Shown here: positions 19,013-26,252 of the stretch, in pieces
Layout: each line of letters starts with the position of its first letter
Numbering within the stretch: the stretch's first letter is position 1
Assembly (NCBI GenBank): GCA_965200315.1
Contig: OZ241362.1
Coordinates: 960,001-1,024,000, forward strand
Direction of reading: 5' to 3'
Length of the DNA: 64,000 nt
DNA from: Candidatus Latescibacterota bacterium
GTDB taxonomy: Bacteria > Latescibacterota > UBA2968 > UBA8231
The notes under the pieces: model-generated
The model's database searches: none
What the model saw: only the letters and a program-made list of their open reading frames with translations
What the model was told of the DNA's origin: nothing
Position numbers and translations under genes: made by a program

Positions 19013-20437
19013 ATGGACCAAAACTACGATCTCATTGTCGTGGGCACCGGCTTTGCCTCCTCGTTCTTTCTCTCGGTCTATCTGGCCCGGTGCCGGGCCA
19101 ACGCCCGGGTCTTGGTCTTAGAGCGAGGCCGCCGCGACACCCATGCTTGGCAACTGCGCCACCGCCGACCGGCCAGCACGCCCCCCCAAACCACCTTTGT
19201 CAACCGCCACCGCCGCAAACAGTGGTTCTACACGCCGGCGCTGGGCGGCGGTTCCAACTGCTGGTGGGCGGTGACGCCGCGCATGCTGCCCAGCGACTTT
19301 GCGTTGAAATCCATCTATGGAGTGGGCACCAACTGGCCCCTTAGCTACGACGAGTTGGAGGAGTTTTACTGCCAAGCCGAAGCACTCATGGCCGTCTCCG
19401 GGCCGGCCGATGGGGCACCCCAGCCCCGCAGCCGGCCCTATCCCCAGCCACCTCACCGCTTTTCCCGACCCGATCAGCTACTTAAAAAAGCCTATCCAAC
19501 GCTCTTTTTTCACCAGCCCACGGCCCGGGCTCGCTTGGCTACGGCCCAGCGGCCCGCCTGCTGCGCCAGCGGAGTGTGCCACTTGTGTCCCATAGACGCC
19601 AAGTTCACGGTTTCCAACGAAATGGGACATCTCTACGCCGATCCCCGCGTTACGCTGGTGCTAGAGGCCGCGGTGCAGAGCGTGGAAACCACCGGCCGCA
19701 CGGCCCGAGGCGTCCGCTACATAAAAGACGGTGCCGAAGTCGAGGCGCAGGGCCAGTTGGTGGTTTTGGGGGCCAATGCCTTGTTCAATCCGCACATTCT
19801 GCTGCGCTCGGGCTTGTCTCATCCCCTCTTGGGCAAATTCCTCCACGAGCAAGTCGCTGTCTCCGCGACCATAGACCTCGACGGAGTCGATAACTTCCAA
19901 GGCAGCACCAGCATCACTGGGCACGGGTACATGTTGTACGACGGCCCCCATCGATCACAGCGAGCTGGCTGTCTGATTGAATCGTGGAACGTGCCCACCC
20001 TGCGCTTGGAACGGGGCAAATGGCGGCAGCGGCTAGTGCTCAAATTTCTCTTCGAGGACTTGCCCGCACCGCACAACCACGTCCGCATTGCCGCTGGCGA
20101 CCCAGCCCAGCCCGAAACCGTGTACCAGAACCACTCGGAGTACGCCCAGCGCGGCATGGACGCGCTCGCCGAGGCTCTGCCTGAACTTTTGCGCCCCCTG
20201 CCGGTAGAAAAAATCGACTTCGACCCGCAGCCTTCTCCCACCGAGAACCACATCTTGGGCACCACGCCGATGGGCACTGACCCGCGCCGCAGCATTGTCG
20301 ATCGCGGTCTGGTTCACCACCAAGTCCGCAACCTGCTGGTCTTGGGCGGCGGCGCCTTCCCAACTAGCTCGCCGGTCAACCCGACCCTCACGCTGTCGGC
20401 CCTGTCCCTGTGGGCAGCCCATCACCTGCTGGCGTAG
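19013..20437 (+). CDS. GMC family flavoprotein oxidoreductase with Cys cluster
   Basis: YDLIVVGTGFAS, VLVLERG, LGGGSNCW, WPLSYDELEEFY, CCASGVCHLCP, HILGTTPMG, NLLVLGGGAFPT, NPTLT. Confidence 0.92.
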   Translation: MDQNYDLIVVGTGFASSFFLSVYLARCRANARVLVLERGRRDTHAWQLRHRRPASTPPQTTFVNRHRRKQWFYTPALGGGSNCWWAVTPRMLPSDFALKSIYGVGTNWPLSYDELEEFYCQAEALMAVSGPADGAPQPRSRPYPQPPHRFSRPDQLLKKAYPTLFFHQPTARARLATAQRPACCASGVCHLCPIDAKFTVSNEMGHLYADPRVTLVLEAAVQSVETTGRTARGVRYIKDGAEVEAQGQLVVLGANALFNPHILLRSGLSHPLLGKFLHEQVAVSATIDLDGVDNFQGSTSITGHGYMLYDGPHRSQRAGCLIESWNVPTLRLERGKWRQRLVLKFLFEDLPAPHNHVRIAAGDPAQPETVYQNHSEYAQRGMDALAEALPELLRPLPVEKIDFDPQPSPTENHILGTTPMGTDPRRSIVDRGLVHHQVRNLLVLGGGAFPTSSPVNPTLTLSALSLWAAHHLLA

Positions 20438-20442
20438 GGACT

Positions 20443-20838
20443 ATGGCAGTCTGGAACAAACGCCGCGCCTTTTTGGGAGCCGTAGCGGCCCTATCGCTGA
20501 GCATCGGCCTAGGACGGTGGTTTTACCAACCGCGCCGGCTCGACGACCCTTGGACCGCGCAAACCGCAGCGACCGTGCGCCGCCTGCTGCCTTATCTGCA
20601 AATAGACGAGGACAGCTTGGCCCGCTTTGCCCAAGACCTGCTGGCGCGAGACCAGCACGCGCTTTTGCGCCGGGCCGGTGCCGGCGATGCTCGGGCGGAG
20701 GCGTGGCTCGGCGAGCAGTTTTTGCTGTCGAGCGATTTCTTTTGGCATGGAGCCGACGAGAGGAAGGCCGTTGGCTACCGAGCGTACTACGACCCCTACG
20801 AACTCCCCTGCGCCAACCCATTTGCCCACCCGGAGTAA
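20443..20838 (+). CDS. small Tat-signal protein, probable partner subunit of the GMC enzyme
   Basis: KRRAFL followed by a hydrophobic stretch; FLLSSDFF, YDPY..CANPFA; starts 5 nt after the GMC stop. Confidence 0.65.
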   Translation: MAVWNKRRAFLGAVAALSLSIGLGRWFYQPRRLDDPWTAQTAATVRRLLPYLQIDEDSLARFAQDLLARDQHALLRRAGAGDARAEAWLGEQFLLSSDFFWHGADERKAVGYRAYYDPYELPCANPFAHPE

Positions 20839-20841
20839 GCC

Positions 20842-22368
20842 GTGGTCCAGCCCCCTGTCAACCGCCTCATTGCTGGGGCTTTGGTCGCCCTGATTGCGCT
20901 ACATGTCCTCCACGTTCTGCGCTATAACTTCGTCTCCGACGACGCCTTTATCAGCTTGCGCTACGCGGCCAATCTGCTCGCTGGACACGGGCTGGTTTTC
21001 AACCCGGGAGAACGCGTCGAGGGCTTTACCAGCCCGCTGTGGACCCTGCTTTTGGCCGGACTCGGGGCCTGCGGTTTCGACCTATTAGAAGCCGCCCGCG
21101 CCCTCGGCTTGCTCTGTTCGGCCCTCGCACTCCCAACCACCTATTGGCTGGCCCGCCAGTGCGGGGCGACCCCGCCGACTGCCCTGATCGCTCCAGCCCT
21201 GCTGGCCTTTAACGGCTCTTTTGCCTGTTGGGCCGCCTCGGGTATGGAGACTGCGCTCTTTGTCGGTCTGATTGCCGCTGCTTTTGCCGCCGCCCTAGCC
21301 GGGAGCTATTGGGCCTCAGCGAGCTTGACTGCCGCCGCTACCCTAGCCCGGCCGGAGGGTCTGCTGGTCTTGCTCGTTTTAGGCGGCCACCAACTCTTGC
21401 GGGCCAAGAGCTCGTGGCTGCTGTGGCTCCTTGTTGGCGGCGGCCCGTATGCCCTTTTGTTGGGGTTTCGCCGCTGGTACTACGGAGACTGGCTGCCCAA
21501 TACATACTACGCCAAAACCGGGGGAGGCTGGGGCCAAATACAGCGCGGGCTGGACTATCTGCGCGACTACGCCGCCGATCACGAGGGCCTGCTGCTACTG
21601 GTCGGGCTGGCAATTTTTGCCCTTTTGCGGCGTACGGCTGGGATGCGCTTGGTGGCCATCGGCTGGCTGCTCTTCTGGCTGGCCGTCGCGTGGCTGGGCG
21701 GCGACGGCCTCCCCATGTATCGCTTTGCGCTGGCCCCATTGCCCCTGTTTGCGGCCTTGGCCGCAGCTAGTGTCGCCGACTTGGCGCAGCCCTTTTTAGC
21801 AGCCCGCAAAAGCGGGGTGGCCTTGGCGGTAGTGCTGGGCTGCGTTTGGGCCTATACGCACTGGTCGCCGCCGCGCCTCAAGTCGCACTACAGCGCATAT
21901 CAATTTCAACAACAAGTGGAAATTCCCCGCTGGACCCGGGTGGGCCAGTGGTTGGCCGCCAGTGCGCCCGCAGGAGCTAGCATTGCCGTCGTGCCCATTG
22001 GCGCAGTGGCTTATTACTCCAAGCTCGAGGTGCGCGATATGCTCGGCCTAACCGACCGGCACATTGCCCGACGCAACCTGTCGGGCCTAGGCCGGGGCTG
22101 GGCCGGGCACGAAAAGCACGACGGCCAGTACGTCCTCGGCCGCCGGCCCACGTACCTTCTGCTGGGCAATGTCGATGTGACCAAAAAGCCCCGCGATCCC
22201 CGCAAGCGACCCTTTATTCCCTACGACAACCCCCACATCTGGGCGCGGGAACAGGACCTGTTTGCCACCGAACTGATTTTTGAACGCTACCAACCCCGCT
22301 CAGTCCAGTTTGCCCCGGGACAGTACCTCAACTTTTACGAGCTAAAACCAGAGTTCCACCGGCCATAA
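20842..22368 (+). CDS. GT-C fold glycosyltransferase (AftB/arabinofuranosyltransferase-like)
   Basis: SDDAFISLRYAANLLAGHGLVFNPGERVEGFTSPLW, SGMET, ARPEG, YYGDWLPNTYYAK, DMLGLTD, GHEK. Confidence 0.8.
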   Translation: MVQPPVNRLIAGALVALIALHVLHVLRYNFVSDDAFISLRYAANLLAGHGLVFNPGERVEGFTSPLWTLLLAGLGACGFDLLEAARALGLLCSALALPTTYWLARQCGATPPTALIAPALLAFNGSFACWAASGMETALFVGLIAAAFAAALAGSYWASASLTAAATLARPEGLLVLLVLGGHQLLRAKSSWLLWLLVGGGPYALLLGFRRWYYGDWLPNTYYAKTGGGWGQIQRGLDYLRDYAADHEGLLLLVGLAIFALLRRTAGMRLVAIGWLLFWLAVAWLGGDGLPMYRFALAPLPLFAALAAASVADLAQPFLAARKSGVALAVVLGCVWAYTHWSPPRLKSHYSAYQFQQQVEIPRWTRVGQWLAASAPAGASIAVVPIGAVAYYSKLEVRDMLGLTDRHIARRNLSGLGRGWAGHEKHDGQYVLGRRPTYLLLGNVDVTKKPRDPRKRPFIPYDNPHIWAREQDLFATELIFERYQPRSVQFAPGQYLNFYELKPEFHRP

Positions 22369-22457
22369 CCGCGCCCGGCATTTGGCATCTAGCCAAGAAC
22401 TCCATAGCCTATCCGCAGCGAATTGCCCAGCATCCTCTACACCATGTCAACTAGCCC

Positions 22458-24398
22458 ATGTCGCGTCCGCAACCTCCTCTTGCTGCCCACGTAACCGGGC
22501 GCGGCATCTTTATCGGCTGCGTCCTGTGCGCCGTCATTGCCATTGGCGCCCCCTACGGACGTCAGCTCATCCAAGGCACTTCGCTGGCCCTGACTTCGGC
22601 CACCCCGATTGCATTTTTTCTGTTTTTTGTGCTGCTGCTGACCCTGCACCTAGTCTTGGGCTGGTGTCGGCGCGGCTGGGCTCTACAGCGGGGCGAGCTG
22701 ATTACTATCTTCACCATGATGATGGTGGCGGCGGCCATTCCCACCAAAGGCGTCAACGGCCTGCTCATGCCCATGATTACGGGCACCTTCTACTACGCGA
22801 CCCCGGAAAACGATTGGGTCGACCAAATTCATCCGTGGCTACCTAGCTGGATTTTGGTAGCTAACCCCGAAACGGTTAAAGCATTTTACGAAGGAGCCAG
22901 CCGCGGCAGTGGTATCCCTTGGGCGCATTGGCTGCCTCCTTTGGGTGCTTGGCTGCTGCTCTACTGCTCCTTGTATCTAGCCGTGACCTGCCTCAGCGTC
23001 ATTCTGCGCCGCCAGTGGGTCGAGCACGAGCGCCTGATCTACCCGCTCATGCAGGTGCCGCTGGCCATGATGGCCGACGATCCGCAAGGCCGGCTGTTAA
23101 AGCCCTTTTTCCGCAGTTGGGCCATGTGGATCGGCTTTGCTATCCCAGTGGTCTTTATGAGTTTCTTTGCTCTGCACAACTACTTTCCCTGGTTCCCCCA
23201 AGTCGTCCTCAGGTCCTCCGTCGACGTGTTTCGCCAGAGTATTTTCCTGACCTTTGGGCTCAATTTTCTCATACTGGGCTTTGGTTATTTCATAAATACG
23301 CAGATCGGCTTCAGCTTGTGGTTTTTCTATTTACTGCACCAGCTACAGGAAGGGTTGCTGTTTTACTACGGCTTGCAAGATACCCAAGCCGAATTGGGCT
23401 GGTGGACCGAACCGGGCATGGGGCACCAGATGATGGGAGCACTCATCGTCTTGGTTCTCTCGGGGCTGTGGGTGGGCCGACCTCATTTCAAACGGGTACT
23501 GCAAAAGGCTTGGCGCCGAGATGCCCCAGTAGAAGACGGCGACGAGATCATGTCCTATCGAGCCGCTGTCTGCGGCGCAGCTTGTGGCATTGCCGGCATG
23601 TGGCTCTGGCTGTGGCAGACCGGCATTCCCCCTTGGATTGTCCCGGTTTTCCTCTTTGCTGGCTTGGTCATCTTTATCGGCTTAGCCCGGGTGATTTCCG
23701 AGACCGGACTGCCGATCTTCAAGGCCAATATGATCCCGGCGGGCTTTGCCGTGTCCAGCGTAGGCGTGCCAGCTTTGGGCGTAAAGGGCATGATCGCCAC
23801 CGGCTACACCATGGTGTGGTGCGGCGACCTGTTGGTTTTTATGATGGCCCCCTTAGCCCACGGCCTGCGCCTCGGCAGCGAGTTGAAAAGCGGCCAGCGG
23901 CGTCTGACGTGGGCCGTGGGCTTGGCCATGGTCATCGCCTTGGTCCTGTCGGCGTGGTTCACCATCTACCTCGCCTACCGCTACGGCTCGATGAACCTGC
24001 TCATCTCCCAACACTACTCAGAAGAGCCGTCCCGCTTTGCCCTCGAAAAGATCACCAATCCCACTGGTCCCAGTCTAAGTGGGTACTTGTGGATGACCGG
24101 AGGTGGCTTGATTATGGGACTGCTGCTTGTGGCCCGGCATCAGTTTTTGTGGTGGCCATTCCATCCCCTCGGCTTCTTGGTAAGCCACGGCCGGGTGATG
24201 GACGGGATTTGGTTTACGCTTTTTTTGGCTTGGCTCTTTAAGAGCTTGGTGCTCAAATACGGGGGAGTGAGCTTATACCGCCAGACCCTGCCGTTTTTTT
24301 TGGGCCTTGCCTTGGGCCACATAATTATCGGCGGCATCTGGTTGGTCATCGACGGATTTACCGGCATGGTGGGCAACCGCATCCCCCTATACTACTAA
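22458..24398 (+). CDS. DUF6785/DUF6784-like polytopic membrane protein (paralogue 2)
   Basis: Collinear with 15625-17601; shares ALTSATP, AAAIPTKGV, GYTMVWCGDLLVFMMAPLA, SELKSGQRRL, VGNRIPLY. Confidence 0.8.
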   Translation: MSRPQPPLAAHVTGRGIFIGCVLCAVIAIGAPYGRQLIQGTSLALTSATPIAFFLFFVLLLTLHLVLGWCRRGWALQRGELITIFTMMMVAAAIPTKGVNGLLMPMITGTFYYATPENDWVDQIHPWLPSWILVANPETVKAFYEGASRGSGIPWAHWLPPLGAWLLLYCSLYLAVTCLSVILRRQWVEHERLIYPLMQVPLAMMADDPQGRLLKPFFRSWAMWIGFAIPVVFMSFFALHNYFPWFPQVVLRSSVDVFRQSIFLTFGLNFLILGFGYFINTQIGFSLWFFYLLHQLQEGLLFYYGLQDTQAELGWWTEPGMGHQMMGALIVLVLSGLWVGRPHFKRVLQKAWRRDAPVEDGDEIMSYRAAVCGAACGIAGMWLWLWQTGIPPWIVPVFLFAGLVIFIGLARVISETGLPIFKANMIPAGFAVSSVGVPALGVKGMIATGYTMVWCGDLLVFMMAPLAHGLRLGSELKSGQRRLTWAVGLAMVIALVLSAWFTIYLAYRYGSMNLLISQHYSEEPSRFALEKITNPTGPSLSGYLWMTGGGLIMGLLLVARHQFLWWPFHPLGFLVSHGRVMDGIWFTLFLAWLFKSLVLKYGGVSLYRQTLPFFLGLALGHIIIGGIWLVIDGFTGMVGNRIPLYY

Positions 24399-24440
24399 CA
24401 GATAACGGAACCCTGCTCACTTTTTGAATAGTGGGCTGCT

Positions 24441-25071
24441 TTGAATTTTAGAGCGCATCGCGCTTTAGGCGAAATCGACTATGAGGTTCTAATGAAACTC
24501 TTACTTGCTGCCTTACTTAATTTTAAGTCTTACAATACGCTGCTTGCTGAGGTCGGTAGACTCGACCCTGATACAGAGGCGTCTCAGGGTTTCGCGCCGG
24601 CAGAAATCATAGAGAAGGTCAAGCAATTTGATCTTGACATGCGTCTGCTCAACGTGACACTGCGCGGATATCAGGCGTTTGGAGCTAAGTACGCCCTCGT
24701 TCAAAAGCACACCATCCTCGGAGACGAGATGGGCCTAGGCAAGACTATCGAAGCACTCGCGGTCCTGTGCCATCTGAAGCGCCAAGGCGGCACTCACTTT
24801 CTAGTGGTGTGCCCGGCGAGCGTGCTAGTCAACTCGGAGAATGAGACCATTCGTCATTCCTACGTTAGAACGCCCATGTAGGCTTCATGGCCCTGAACGG
24901 GTACAGCGGCTCGGTGTATGGGCGGAGCAAGGAGGCTTGGCAATCACCACGTTCGACACGTTGAAGTTTCTAAACTTGCCGTATGATCTCACAATTTCTG
25001 CGATGATTGTCGATGAGGCGCACTTTGTGAAAAATCCGCGTACGCTAAGGACGATTGCGGTACGCCAATAA
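24441..25071 (+). pseudogene. SNF2-family helicase fragment, frameshifted
   Basis: LRGYQ, GDEMGLGKT (motif I) and VVCPAS (Ia) are in one frame; ITTFD and IVDEAHFVKN (motif II) are in another. The shift is near 24860. There is no C-terminal helicase domain, and GC is lower than in the flanks. Confidence 0.85.
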
Positions 25072-25202
25072 TTCAAATTTCAAAGTAGCCACTACCACTT
25101 TTTACTTGAGCTTGCGGCGCATTCACCGTATCCTATTATGGAAACTTGCAGACACGCGGCACTTTTTCTATTTCATCGAACTCATCCAAAGGAGGTTGGT
25201 TC

Positions 25203-26129
25203 ATGAAACGCATCGCTATTCTCTTTGCAGTTCTCGCCTTGGCGGCCCTGCCCAATACGGGCCAAGCACACTGGGATGCCGGCACGGTTTGGTTTGTCGT
25301 CCAGTTTCCCGACGGGGCTACCCCCACCATTGACGGCAATCACGGCGACTGGGACGGAGTGCCAGCCTCCTATGGCATCGACAACTCGGTCTTTAACGAC
25401 GCCCGTGGCCTAGTGCCCGAAGGCTGGAGCAACGCCGACTGGGACGTCACCGACTTCAGTATGTTGCACCGGGTCGGCTGGAACGAAACGGACAACAAGA
25501 TCTATATGGCCACCCAGACCTTCGACGACGAGCACAACATGGATCGTACCAGCCACTGGAGCGAGGACGATTCGTGGGAGGTGTCGTTTACCTATAACCA
25601 CGACGCCTATGCCGATGACGGCGGCTACGTCGACATCAACGACGAAAACATCGGCATCAATACCCGCTACAACTTCTCAGTACCCATCCATCCGACTCTC
25701 GGCGATTGGTTCTGGTTGCGGCCGGGCGAGTTGACCGGCACCGAGTGGATATGGCCCGGCACTGATTGGCTCGAATTCAACTACACTTGGGATGGCGACG
25801 AATTCGGCGAGAGCACCTATTACTACGAAATGGGTCTCACGCCCATAGGCTCGTACCCCAAGGGCCAAGAGGGCGGCTACCAGCCCGACGATGTGGAGGT
25901 ATGGGATCTGGAAGAAGGTCAGATCATCCACATTTCCATCGTCCAGATCGACAACGACGGCGATTTCAACAACTATCGCACCCCCGGTTGCTGCGGCTAC
26001 TGGAGCACCCTTGATAATTGCTGCTCGTCCGTCAACGATTGGTTTCTCGCTGAACAGGACCCAGCCTTTGTCGCTTCTACTGCGGTCGAAGACGACAGCT
26101 GGGGCCGCATCAAGGCCCGCTTTAAGTAG
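25203..26129 (+). CDS. secreted acidic protein, CBM9/DOMON-like, with C-terminal STAVEDDSWGRIKARF motif
   Basis: AAGGAGGT SD; Sec signal MKRIAILFAVLALAALPNTGQA; PTIDGNHGDWD, RVGWN, DDSWEV; Trp/Asp-rich. Confidence 0.8.
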   Translation: MKRIAILFAVLALAALPNTGQAHWDAGTVWFVVQFPDGATPTIDGNHGDWDGVPASYGIDNSVFNDARGLVPEGWSNADWDVTDFSMLHRVGWNETDNKIYMATQTFDDEHNMDRTSHWSEDDSWEVSFTYNHDAYADDGGYVDINDENIGINTRYNFSVPIHPTLGDWFWLRPGELTGTEWIWPGTDWLEFNYTWDGDEFGESTYYYEMGLTPIGSYPKGQEGGYQPDDVEVWDLEEGQIIHISIVQIDNDGDFNNYRTPGCCGYWSTLDNCCSSVNDWFLAEQDPAFVASTAVEDDSWGRIKARFK

Positions 26130-26179
26130 GTCATATTTCCGCTGGAATCGCTTCAATCCAGCTAGAGGGCAACTCTCGG

Positions 26180-26215
26180 AAGCCCGTGTTCCACGCTGGA
26201 ACACGGGCTTTTTTT
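26180..26215 (+). terminator. intrinsic terminator/stabilising hairpin within the locus
   Basis: AAGCCCGTGTTCCA-CGC-TGGAACACGGGCTT followed by T5. Confidence 0.88.
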
Positions 26216-26252
26216 GGTTCTGCGCCAAAGGCGTACATCCAAAGGGGACCGC

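Noticed and set aside
22919-24241. 440-aa alternative-frame ORF
   Set aside because: It lies inside DUF6785 paralogue 2, has Arg/Pro-rich off-frame composition and is a high-GC artefact.
24850-24885. Programmed frameshift in the SNF2 fragment
   Set aside because: There is no slippery heptamer, and the gene is truncated at both ends, so decay is the simpler explanation.
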